A stretch of 64,000 bases of DNA. Source: a virus. Made by a program: the position numbers and the translations under genes. The notes beneath the pieces are model-generated. The model was not told the DNA's origin and did no database searches. It saw nothing but the letters and a program-made list of their open reading frames with translations. Below are positions 28,701 through 35,692 of the stretch, in pieces. The first letter of the stretch is position 1; every line of letters begins with the position of its first letter. The stretch covers positions 5,607-69,606 of IMG/VR virus record IMGVR_UViG_3300006752_004097. The stretch is one strand, 5' to 3'.

Positions 28701-31661
28701 ATAATCTTGACCGTGTAACATCTGTACATTGTTGTGATATACATAAACTGCGTTAGCACTAATTGTTTTTAAGTCAAATGCTGTTGTTAAACTATAAAAT
28801 TTGTTGCCTGGATCTGTAACAGTAAATTCACGCTTGTTATTAGCACCTGAACCAATCATGTCTGTCCAGTAAAATGCTGTTTGCTTTGATTTTTCAGACT
28901 GCCATTTCTCAATTACTTTATCAGTCAAGTATTGTGCTGATCCGTCTAAGCCTAATTTTTCTGAAATATCTACTACTGCTCTTTTAAATTTTGCATATTC
29001 TTTTCTTGCAAATCTAAGTGCTTTTACAATATTATAATCTTTGTTTGTAATATGATACAATGATAACGGAATAGCACCCGAGTGCTGTACAAATTTTGTA
29101 CCAAGTTTTGCAAGTCCGCCTAAGTTACGTAAGTTACTTGGTCCTGGAAAAGATCCTTCAAACCCTTTAACGTTACTAATAATAGTGTTTACATGATCAG
29201 TTACTTCACCATATGTAAAAGTAGTGATGTTTTCATTAAGTGGGTTATTCTGCAAGTTAATCGGAAACTCGTATTTTCCGTTTTCGTTTTTGTCTGCTTC
29301 ACTTGTAGTATGGATTATTAAGTTATCGCCATTTTTTAGTGGAGTAACAAACTGTACATAAGCAATGCCGTTTTGTCTGTTTAATGACCAAGCACTTTGT
29401 CTTACATTGTTTACAAATACTTGTACATCTAAATTATTTAAATCGCCACTTCTGTCATATACATCAATTGCAAAGGTATTGTTTTGTCCATCAACTGTAT
29501 ACTGACGTATAACTTTTTGTATACTGTCTGTGTCTGCTTTTTCCCAACCACTTACATTTGTATAAGTGTTTAGTCCTGTATATTTTCTTAAAGTAGACGA
29601 ATCTGTATTTTGTGTATAATCTTTTTGTCCAAGTTGATATGTAAAAGAGTCTGTTAACAAATCAAAGTTAAAAACAATATCTCCACTGTTTTCAATATTT
29701 CTATAAGTTAACGGTATTCCTATTACAGGATCATTAGCACCTGTACCTTGTTTGTAACTAAACAAACAACTACCTGTAAATGTATTTGCATTATACGTAT
29801 CAAAACTTACATCAGTGATATCATAAAGATTAAATTTAGGTTTTTGATTTGTTGTTAATTTGTCTTGTGCTTTGATCCACTTAGATCCATTGTACCAGTA
29901 AATCTTACCTGAGTTTACTGTACCACCTGCAACTAATACTGTTTCATTTTCTAAAGGAGTAGTATCTGTTTCATCTTGCAACGCAATTTGTCTTTGACCG
30001 TTGTGTGTGATAAATTTTACTTTGTAAATTCTACCATTAACTCTGATGTCAGGATCTTTAGTAAACAATACACGCAGTCCTTCAGTAAGTTCAACACCGT
30101 CAACGTTATAACCTTCACTGCCTTCAATAGTACTAAACACATCACCTGTAAAGTCGTCAATCAAATCAACGTTTGTTTTCTTCATACTACCAAAGTTATA
30201 CAAACGTAACCCTGCATTAAATTCAATAATAGGACGTTTAGCACGTTGCGTTTGATCTAACGAAACTTCTGTACCATTTGCTATCGCAGTTTTTTCAATA
30301 GTGTCTTTGTGGAACCATCTGTTGTGTCTACTCCATTGGTTACCGTCAATACTTGCTCTATTGATTGTAATATAGTCTTGTTCTTTAGGATAGTTAAGTG
30401 CTTGACCAAAAGGTAACTTATCAAAGTTTTCTGCATCAAATGGTACAAATATATTTGAACTATATGCTCCAGTAATTTCAAGATCTGCTTTGTTGATTAG
30501 TTGTATAGATTCACCAACACCTTCAACATACCAATATCCTTCGCTGTACTTTGCTGGTGTTACATCACCTAAAAACTCTACTAACATACCATTGGATAAA
30601 TCAGTATCTGTTCTTGTTGTGTAAGTTAACTTTTGTAGAATTTCTTTTTCTACATCTATCTCTGTATTTTCTAAAATATTATAAAGTGTAACTAAGCCTG
30701 ATGTGTTTACATCATTTTGACTGATATAAAATAATGTATCAGGTGCATCAAGTGGCACTGTAAATTTAAGTGTGCCTTTTTCTACATACACTGTTGCTGA
30801 TTCTACACCGTCGGTATATAATGTAGAGATATTATCTCCGTCCTTGAATCCAGTTATACCGCCTTCGACAGGCTCTACTATGTATTCACCTGTGTCGTAG
30901 CCATCGGTGTCATATAATTCTGCTTCAAACTTACCAGATGCCAACACACCTTCAACTGTCTCAGTTATAATCGCTTGTCCTGGAGTAAATGCTCTATTGG
31001 TTGCAAATGCTATTGGGTGTCCAGGTGTATCAATCTCGAATATGTAAGTTTGACCTTTGTAAAGTTTTAGAGTAGGATTTTGTGTTAAACCTGTTGGGGT
31101 AAATTTATACGCTACATTGTCATCATTCTCCTCCACGGATACTTTAAAAGTAGATACAATTTCTTTGTTCTGTCCAAAGATAGGTAATACTTGTGGTCCT
31201 GCTGGAAGCCAATAGTATTCTCTAAAGTTTGTAAACTTATCCCAATCAATATGTGGTTGCCACGCATAATATTCTTGTGCGTTAATTTTACTATGATCAG
31301 GATTTCTATTACCAAACGCTCTTAGTTGGTTTATGTAATCATTATAGTCTTTGTAAAAGTCAACATTGTCTGCGTTGTCTTTTAAAACAACTGCTGGTTC
31401 TAATTGGTAATTTTGTCTATCGTCTGAAACGTCACTAATATAGTTGTCTGTTGACTGAACTGCTTTTGCGTCTCTACGCCCATAGTATGAATTAAGTTTT
31501 TCAACTTCTCCTGGATTCATAAACTGATCCAGTGTGCTTGTTAAAAACTTTTTATTCGCTGGTGTTCTAAAATACTTAGGTAAGTGACTTACACTTGTTC
31601 GATTCTCGCTATCGTCGTTTGGACCAATTGGAATATCATTCTGGTCATTATCGTAAGCCAT
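16797..31661 (-). CDS. Giant 4954-aa baseplate wedge-like protein (gp7 position)
   Basis: Uninterrupted ORF directly after gp6. It has propeller-like repeats (FGQSTNISTDGKWLVVG, YGSSVTVSNDGRFVAVG), GxGY repeats, an EVKPYKSK motif and C-terminal GDGS Ig-like repeats. Confidence 0.7.
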   Translation of the reverse strand: MAYDNDQNDIPIGPNDDSENRTSVSHLPKYFRTPANKKFLTSTLDQFMNPGEVEKLNSYYGRRDAKAVQSTDNYISDVSDDRQNYQLEPAVVLKDNADNVDFYKDYNDYINQLRAFGNRNPDHSKINAQEYYAWQPHIDWDKFTNFREYYWLPAGPQVLPIFGQNKEIVSTFKVSVEENDDNVAYKFTPTGLTQNPTLKLYKGQTYIFEIDTPGHPIAFATNRAFTPGQAIITETVEGVLASGKFEAELYDTDGYDTGEYIVEPVEGGITGFKDGDNISTLYTDGVESATVYVEKGTLKFTVPLDAPDTLFYISQNDVNTSGLVTLYNILENTEIDVEKEILQKLTYTTRTDTDLSNGMLVEFLGDVTPAKYSEGYWYVEGVGESIQLINKADLEITGAYSSNIFVPFDAENFDKLPFGQALNYPKEQDYITINRASIDGNQWSRHNRWFHKDTIEKTAIANGTEVSLDQTQRAKRPIIEFNAGLRLYNFGSMKKTNVDLIDDFTGDVFSTIEGSEGYNVDGVELTEGLRVLFTKDPDIRVNGRIYKVKFITHNGQRQIALQDETDTTPLENETVLVAGGTVNSGKIYWYNGSKWIKAQDKLTTNQKPKFNLYDITDVSFDTYNANTFTGSCLFSYKQGTGANDPVIGIPLTYRNIENSGDIVFNFDLLTDSFTYQLGQKDYTQNTDSSTLRKYTGLNTYTNVSGWEKADTDSIQKVIRQYTVDGQNNTFAIDVYDRSGDLNNLDVQVFVNNVRQSAWSLNRQNGIAYVQFVTPLKNGDNLIIHTTSEADKNENGKYEFPINLQNNPLNENITTFTYGEVTDHVNTIISNVKGFEGSFPGPSNLRNLGGLAKLGTKFVQHSGAIPLSLYHITNKDYNIVKALRFARKEYAKFKRAVVDISEKLGLDGSAQYLTDKVIEKWQSEKSKQTAFYWTDMIGSGANNKREFTVTDPGNKFYSLTTAFDLKTISANAVYVYHNNVQMLHGQDYTFTTEGFIQITNDFVLAIDDTITIYEYESTDASFIPPTPTKLGLYPLHKPVIFTDNTYSTPRVLIKGHDGSVTKAYEDYRDDILLEIEKRIYNNVKVSYDINIFDIDSFLGHKTRDTGFTKLDADEVTITDFVEWLSIAGDPDYTDISFYDRANSFTWNYSIMSDPDGIPLPGYWRAIYKEYLSTDTPHTTPWKVLGYIDQPTWWETVYGPAPYTKENLILWEDLEKGLVREPNNPIRYKTNYKRKDLTKYIPVDTQGNLISPYECGYAQGLIVPETNNSFVFGDESPVETAWRRSAEYPFALLTAFLIHQPAKVIGVGFDRARIKRNPAGGIVYSSSEKRLEPKNLVFPNTVDDTTRVTTAGLINYIFNYINADVTKLNKAYKENIKSLKVQLGFKIGGFTEKDKFKLLLDSRTPNNKGNVFVPEENYKIILNTSSPVDTVSYSGVIIEKRTAGFVVKGYDKSKPYFDYYKHIERSADPVVNVGGVSENFLEWVPGERYQAGQIIRVSTNFFRVQNSGSFQTITDENFVKLAELPMEGGREGILRRAFDSTPSKLNYGTMLRTTQDVIDFILGYEQYLIKQGFDFSGFNRELETIENWELSAREFLFWTTQNWSEGALLTLSPSAINLQFSRPYSVVDNIFDNFYDYTLLKADGGKLKEEFTNTLRSNQNNFGLKLKNTADGIYFLKLPLVQKEHVCLIDNVTVFNDTIYNPGPGYRQARIKILGYRSTDWNGGLNIPGFTYDNVVCKDWEENVDYDIASVVLYKTFYYSAKYKIPGSTNFDETDWYKLPEKPTAELVPNLDYKANQFADFYDLDTDNFDSEQQRIAQHLTGYQKRKYIENIINDDVSQYKFYQGYIQDKGTVNSLSKLFDALSNTENSSLEFFEEWAFKVGQYGANGGFEEIEYKLDEGKFRLSPQPFQLVPSIDPLLTDLVYRYEPSEVYSKPDDYDHAPFPTKYIPEDDSYIKTAGYVADADAEFKVTNYDDILGLDPNTIDVGKYIWVAKKGQTWDVLRQTETPFKVSSIVNSDSSGMIEITTGKAPPFVKDDIISVLGTGDVDRFFKVQRTSLNTIFATTSVEQPDLPEISGFITQLNSVRVADLNGVNEKITRDNVSNNERVWVDKDENGRWAVVENKNKYAQTQQMFSNSIEGILGTDDRDFGTSISANATNSIIPIGVPSSEDSTNGRVDIYFRASENLKAVQSQILEAPTDFMTAGLNSFGQSTNISTDGKWLVVGIPYASNVKSFYKGDFNSATTYVQQDIVKFTNQYWKAKTTVEPQDLSLEYQTFNSHLQALVSTLENNVYSNLYFILRGNFSFPEELTDHMLIRAPKGQYDGTEVGDKLQLLWNDVNTRYPGGVTPFNNDPLMTKAFLDGEHAIVEKIDDILLIDNTQAIPSVGETISSATAVAVVTKVNITGDNRSLIYVKDVNGLFESTGTLFVGDIQIGAFERAVQQEENVLGGWWQIDGPSSSFTSTTTIETKPYLVIQDIIKTGVSRSVKYYENALRIQDDLTDQNPTVTSYIETLSFLGDSGNVLSDKWVFRAPATLTSSLVIGNTFNFFFNEYATADNLIQDPAVISPEITHDYLNRTEHTIDDIWNGWIEVNLTAFDDRGSPTPGDADFNPNYGNPFIPIVGDTVQDNDTLATAEVAGVEKLFNTCRLWVKNVNGTWKFGSDNSDITSISIDGGSQGVGVVRLMGTINTRHLESNTAGPIIVVDRGTNLTPGSTRTLQGFEYWIFDSVEQSGIPRDANPPGNTNNDWERVYNITANSSGTASALTRQGAYAIYERNASNFYNLHNIYIMPDAASSRHLGASVEMVTHNDGTYTAYLLSKGNGTFAQPGRINVIKYDKTKGWILGQDVDYKGDFSTTVTYKTGEYVKYLEQIWQAQTNIIAGAWNESNWTAITEGLDLNGYLPNDTGFIIGDDSAIQDNNLYEFGTQFGISSDGEVLATIVKYGDAVDSSINTPKLAIYRKVLGHFLFSQVIDAYADGIGYGSSVTVSNDGRFVAVGAPKYSADYVNQGTVFIYESINGTFQQVQHLVGPQGIANEKFGSVVKYGTDRIAVHSAGGDLTSITGFDGGITAFDNGTTLFNTSLIDTGEVFLYELLGNRYVYADKLEFADSKALYFGRTMFINGNHIYVGIPTYSRDDNDSKGTILDYRSTPNTKLWEKIRAERPLVDLSRFKGISLYNKNTNQVTEYLDYIDPAQGKIAGTAETELTFKTTYDPSTYNIATDTTVVKDETMFDTTNNVGKLWWDIDAVRFINPYSNTGNIFTTSNTMNSVFPGTEVEIYEWVESDLLPSEWDEQADTESGLAEGISGTSKYGDNAYSSRRVYDDQAQKFTLYYYYWVRNKKTTPDVPGRTISAADVQELIRDPSGAGLKFATMLDKNEWTLHNLQSSITGDDTILKFAYWNIEETDKNVHNQYKIITDGLETSVPKTDLERKWFDSLIGFDEQGRPVPARELTEKDRYGILNEPRQTMFVNRIEALKQLVERVNISLKQKILIDDFDLSDLETNDPIPTIASRKFDRQIDNDSELQFVPVGRLKQATVSLTIQDGQVLRADVTEQGYGYKTVPTVAITTVSGTGAEVTLTMNNVGQITGATVVKSGTNYAQTDTIRIRPFTVLTTTDTTYENKWSLYEYVGGTVIWNRIKSQRYDVQPYWSYIDWYATGYNSLTKADYVIDETYKLESLQDTFGSIVKINNVGSGGWLLLEKVDSQANVDYTVNYKTIGRQNATIELDKSLYDYSGELIGYDSFGYDDSAFDLQPIDEMRIILKALRDKIFVDELAIDYNKLFFAQMRYILSEQKFVDWMFKTSFIKAKHNIGSLRKDITFNNDFLESYEEYVKEVKPYKSKIREYLSTYEGKDTASSMVTDFDLPPVYSDVAGKIIPQTVRVVDDQLQSALPLDTYPGKHWKDNASFNIKSVDIFDAGTGYENAPGVEFVGGGGTGAKATAYVGGGKITEIKIDNAGQGYVSAPTIVLNGTVADGGTVGKASAIIGNSNLRTTHMTVKFDRVTGTFFITTLAETETFVGTGGKYNFKLKWPMDVKSDQVSVMVDGIEVLPSGYTVSNITDSVGRTHNRSIGQITFTTPPANNSNISIDYKKEISLLTAQDRINLFYNPTTGQLANDLGQLMDGIDYGGVQVKSFDFGGGSGWGTEGWFTGAYDSYDNTYEDEVIRLDGSSISVTLSKPLENGVEYNVYLNGTRIDDPNYPSNPTNPNARTTTLTGDGTTQTIFLDNDGLDINGINSPGADDVLIFRKNTSDGSFVPDPRAYDTLVQGGDLAYASATGINPEDINIDGDGFVTQLTSKGPEEQIPGQVLDTLDMKIYDRVGSGASVIESVAYVGDNSTTVFAYNGIPQSKDALLVKVNNIIKLQSTYTVDYKNKTITMASAPALNERVNILSMSGNGDKILDLDQFRGDGSTIQFVTSVDWREDLNSIVTVDGEKPDYVLETTDSSYDTANKVAITFGVAPGNDAVINFAIYASEAQTFSEIKTDNLIADGSSASYELSTTPFSSLPASHNIIVRVGDNILNAGYNESFTIDSRVEYQLRNWQQPGGTLGADDIIVLLNGNALTYTSDFIFRPANSSVEIFENVAQAGDKLDIFVTTDGDYTITDNILTLDTVPAIDTTIKVTHFSKHDVQEIDRKNYDIITRTTVDFESAADIEYNHLLAGLIKLERQTLDAEYVWIVINGKLQTPSVDYKVTDDRLFVRMAQPLTANDIIEIIQFAETGPTVKKFGWRVFKDMLNRTVYKRLGDNNKYRLVQDLKPFDKEIIVDNPDSMFVPDKTTNTPGVIFINGERIEYMVKDSNSLTQLRRGTFGTGVKDMHETGDEIFDQGFQQTVPYQDKTLINTYIGDGSSTEYSLDWTPTKGVDEFEVFAGGKRLRKRDIAMFDATVAQDSPEGDITAPAEFSVSGNILTLITAPADGVRVTVVRKVGKTWNDSGKTLGKTKNAIAQFLRAEEVDLPK

Positions 31662-34600
31662 TAGTAACCTCCGCTACTTGAACTTGATGAACTGCTTGAT
31701 GAACTTGAACTTGAAGTCGAAGTTGAAGTTGTTGTACTCGAACTTGTTGTACTTGTATTTGCACTTGATGTAATCCCTGCATTTTCTGTTGTGGCTGTAC
31801 TTACTACACTACCTGTTGTTTTTAGTCTTGATGCTGTAAGGCTATCAATTATTTCAACATTATCAACAGTTGCTCCACTAATGAAAATTTCATCATTCTC
31901 TGTTGACACTTCGTATAAACTTCCAAATGCTTTCTCTGATTGATTAGGTACTAACACAAGTGTTGTAATGTCTGGTGCTAATACATTAACAATATATGTA
32001 GACAGTTCTGTAAAACTAAACTTGTCTCCGAAGTCCCAGAATTCTAAAGCAAAAAATTCATTAATTGCTTGTACAATTCTTAACTTAACATCATTGTCAT
32101 TGGTTATTACTTCTGAATTTTTAACAACTTTAAATGTTGCTTGTAAATCTGAATCTGCTTTGTCACCAAATAATATTTTATAGTTAACTGGGTGATAAAT
32201 TACTTCATCACTGATTGATTTAATCTTATTAATTTCTGCTCCAAAGTTCTGAAACAATTCATCTGAACTTGGTGGTAACGGTTTAGTAGTTATAGTATTT
32301 GCCAAGTACTGTCTAAATGATCTATCATATGTTTTTGTTAACAAGTATGTGTCAATAATATTAGAACTACTTGGATCTAATCTATTATTCTCATCAGCAC
32401 TGTGTACGTATTGGAATACAAGTTTGTCTCTACCTTGATATGCTTTATATCCTGTTTGTAATGTTAGGTTTGCGTTTGCTTTGCTGTATACTTTAAAAAC
32501 ATTGTTGTCTACAAAGTAAAATATTGCACCGTCATCATATTGTGATAACGCACCAGTTGATGTTTCTGATGCAAACGCTCTAATATTTTCTACTGCGGCA
32601 TCTACGTAATCATAATTTGTAGATTGATTGTTTGAAATCTTTTCTTTTACAAAAACCCATTTTGTTAACGAATTAGTATCTTGTGCAACAAAGTCATCAA
32701 ACAACGATGGATTATCAACTACACCGTCGCCGTCACTGTCAAAAAATCCTACTTCTACTTTTTTACTATTAATATAACCTTCATCATCTCTAAACTCTTT
32801 AGTAACTTGCCAAGGATAATCAATAGTTGCAGGTGATACTGAATCTGGTTTCTTGTTAATAGACATTAAGTTAATTTTATCTCTAATAACTTGTCCTGTT
32901 CTACTATCGTAAATTCTATCTGTTTCGTCAAAGTAAAACTTAACTTCCTTATCACTTTCAAAAATGTATCTAACACCTCTGTAAGTAACAGTATACTTTT
33001 CGCCATCTGTTTCAAATAACATTAACCAACTTGAGTCTAAGTTCTGTCCTGACGTGTCACCAGTCTTGCCCATGTTAAACGCATTACCAATACTTAAATT
33101 ATTATTAAGAATTACACGCCATTCTCTATCTGTAGTACTGTAACGTACTCCAAATGTTTTATATGAAAATATTTGATCAATAATTTGTGTTGTAACATCA
33201 GTTGTTAAGTTTGTTGCAAACTTAGGCTTAACTTCATCTAATATTGCACCAGTTGGAATAACATCGTTAAAAATAATTGGTCCTTGACCGTCTTCGTAAT
33301 CTTCAGTACCTTTATCGTTTACTCTAACAACCTTTGTCCAAATGTATGTTGTAGCACCTGGATGGTCTGCATCGCCAGCCATTAATGCATGACTGTTGTC
33401 TTTCATAAAGTGTTGTCCTGCAGGAGCAACAAATTTAACCATTGCACCTGGCTCTACAAACTTTAATGTACTACCAGTAAATGTTCCTACTGTTAATTTA
33501 ATATCTAATGAGTCTGATATGTAACCGCTGGAGTTATTAGTTTGTTTTGCAACTTGTGTCCAGTCTGCCGCTAAATCTGCTGTTGATATTTTAGGAAACT
33601 GATTTAAGAAAAAGTTTTTAATTACATTGTTTGAAAGTAACGGTGTAATTACGTTTTGTATATTTCCTTCTACATCTGTTTTTGTATTAAAAGAAAAACT
33701 AAGTTTTTTATCAAACACATCTTTATAGATAACACCATCGTTACCAAATATGTTTGTACTTGAATACTTTCCTGTTGAATCAATTAAATCAAAGTATCTT
33801 GAAATACCTGAACTTGTTCTATTGATACTTTTTACTTTAACTACTTCTTGACTAACTGCTCTTGGTGCAACATTATAGTCCTCACCAGTAATCATTCTAT
33901 TTTGTGTATAGTATGTACTTGGAGCATTTTCTTTAATGCTTTTTGAAGTTTCTGGTCCACTTGCATTATCAACTGTGTATTTTAATGAACACACAAATGT
34001 AAATGTTTCAGGCGTACCTGCACGACTTGTATATGGTACACTAATAGTTACGTTAGTTAATTCTTCAGGTTGGATTGCAAACTTGCTACCAAGTCCTTTT
34101 CTAAAATAACATCTAAATTGTCCTTTAGGTAAATCACCGAATGTTCCGTCTGCAAATAATAAACTAATTCTGTCATCAATACGTGATTGCACAGCATACA
34201 AACTTCTGTTCTGTTTGTTAACACTATTATAAATTACATTGTTACCTTCAGTTGCTTCAACCTTAGTCCATAATTTTGTTTCGTTTCCGTTACTGTCTAA
34301 TTGATAAAGCCAAACATCTGAATTGTTAATGTTTGTTGTGTCAATTGCAACTGCTTGATTAGTAGTTGGATTTTCAATTGAAAAATTACCTGTGTCTAAT
34401 ATACCTTGTCTAAAGTGTACAAAATATCCTGAGTTTGAACTACCAGCGCCTTTGCCATCTTCTCTATATAAAAATGCTAAACTGTTACCTGGTAACGGAT
34501 CTTCTTCGTAAATTTTATTAGCATCAATAGTTGAAGATGTTACTTCAAATACAATATTCTTTTCGCCTACGTTTTTATTAAAACTGTAAACAGGTAAGTT

Positions 34601-35182
34601 TGTGTTTGATGCATTGAAACGATATTGCTCAGTTGTAATACCTGCAATAGTTTCTTTCTTTACTGGCTTACCTACAATACTGTTTTCTGGTAATGCCGCA
34701 TTTAAAATTTTTCTAAACTGTTCTGCCCAATCAGGATTTGATGGATCGTTCCATTGTATAGATTGTCCTGATAAGTTAACACCATTAGTGTCTTGAATTT
34801 CTTCTGTTGTTTGTACACTTTCAAACTTCATTAATCCGTTTGCTGATTGGTTACGCTTTGGATTATAAGAAAGTAAACGTGCTAAACGTAATACGCTTTC
34901 TCTACGTTCTGCTAATTCAAGGAAGTTTTCACGTGCATTTAAATCAACACGGAATGCCATGTTTTGTCCAAGATATGCAATAAGATCAATTAGTGCAAGG
35001 TATTCTGAACTTTCAATGTAATCATTAAAGTCTTCTGGATAGTTCTCACGCAAATATGCGATCATAGTTCTGCGTAAACTATCAAAATCATACGATTTGA
35101 AGTCCGCAGTTTTAAATGTTTGATATACTCGCTTCCAATCTTCAGCAAGTAATAATCTATTTTGTCTATCCGTTGTTGACAT
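31661..35182 (-). CDS. Baseplate wedge protein, T4 gp6-like
   Basis: DFDSLR..YLRENYPEDFNDY.ESS..LIDLIAY, ARLLSYNPKR, FADGTFG..P and QNRMITGEDY. Confidence 0.85.
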   Translation of the reverse strand: MSTTDRQNRLLLAEDWKRVYQTFKTADFKSYDFDSLRRTMIAYLRENYPEDFNDYIESSEYLALIDLIAYLGQNMAFRVDLNARENFLELAERRESVLRLARLLSYNPKRNQSANGLMKFESVQTTEEIQDTNGVNLSGQSIQWNDPSNPDWAEQFRKILNAALPENSIVGKPVKKETIAGITTEQYRFNASNTNLPVYSFNKNVGEKNIVFEVTSSTIDANKIYEEDPLPGNSLAFLYREDGKGAGSSNSGYFVHFRQGILDTGNFSIENPTTNQAVAIDTTNINNSDVWLYQLDSNGNETKLWTKVEATEGNNVIYNSVNKQNRSLYAVQSRIDDRISLLFADGTFGDLPKGQFRCYFRKGLGSKFAIQPEELTNVTISVPYTSRAGTPETFTFVCSLKYTVDNASGPETSKSIKENAPSTYYTQNRMITGEDYNVAPRAVSQEVVKVKSINRTSSGISRYFDLIDSTGKYSSTNIFGNDGVIYKDVFDKKLSFSFNTKTDVEGNIQNVITPLLSNNVIKNFFLNQFPKISTADLAADWTQVAKQTNNSSGYISDSLDIKLTVGTFTGSTLKFVEPGAMVKFVAPAGQHFMKDNSHALMAGDADHPGATTYIWTKVVRVNDKGTEDYEDGQGPIIFNDVIPTGAILDEVKPKFATNLTTDVTTQIIDQIFSYKTFGVRYSTTDREWRVILNNNLSIGNAFNMGKTGDTSGQNLDSSWLMLFETDGEKYTVTYRGVRYIFESDKEVKFYFDETDRIYDSRTGQVIRDKINLMSINKKPDSVSPATIDYPWQVTKEFRDDEGYINSKKVEVGFFDSDGDGVVDNPSLFDDFVAQDTNSLTKWVFVKEKISNNQSTNYDYVDAAVENIRAFASETSTGALSQYDDGAIFYFVDNNVFKVYSKANANLTLQTGYKAYQGRDKLVFQYVHSADENNRLDPSSSNIIDTYLLTKTYDRSFRQYLANTITTKPLPPSSDELFQNFGAEINKIKSISDEVIYHPVNYKILFGDKADSDLQATFKVVKNSEVITNDNDVKLRIVQAINEFFALEFWDFGDKFSFTELSTYIVNVLAPDITTLVLVPNQSEKAFGSLYEVSTENDEIFISGATVDNVEIIDSLTASRLKTTGSVVSTATTENAGITSSANTSTTSSSTTTSTSTSSSSSSSSSSSSSSGGY

Positions 35183-35237
35183 CTATTTTCCTCTTACAAT
35201 GTATTTATTTAAACGAGATATCTGAGTACTTAATTCC

Positions 35238-35684
35238 TTAAGACGCAAAGCCTGCATCTTTGTCGAAACTAAATTTCATTTGTTCAGATATGTTGTACGG
35301 TAAGTATTGAAGTTCACACTCAATTTGAATACCGCTCTCGTATTGATCAACAACAATTCCGGTTGCATTTATTCTTGGATCGCCGTTGATTATTTCTGTT
35401 ACATTGTCTATAATTGCTTGTTTCAATGAATCTGTTAAAGGTTCAAACAAAACGTCCCAAATGATTGTCCCAAACTCAGGATTTTCAAGTTTTTCGCCTT
35501 GTCTAATATGAAAGTGATTTAGTAAATCTTGTTTAATTAAGCCAATGTCATACAATGCATAAGAAGTGTTCTCAGGATTGACTGTACTAAGGCCTTTGTA
35601 TGCTCTACCTTTGACAGGCGGTTGTTCCTTGACATTAGATTTTACTCTAACATTTCTTACTGTATTTTTCTCTAAACTGCTCAT
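35238..35684 (-). CDS. Baseplate wedge protein, gp25-like
   Basis: IKQDLLNHF.IRQGEK..NPEFGT.IWD.LFEP..DPRI. Confidence 0.85.
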   Translation of the reverse strand: MSSLEKNTVRNVRVKSNVKEQPPVKGRAYKGLSTVNPENTSYALYDIGLIKQDLLNHFHIRQGEKLENPEFGTIIWDVLFEPLTDSLKQAIIDNVTEIINGDPRINATGIVVDQYESGIQIECELQYLPYNISEQMKFSFDKDAGFAS

Positions 35685-35692
35685 ATCAGTAT

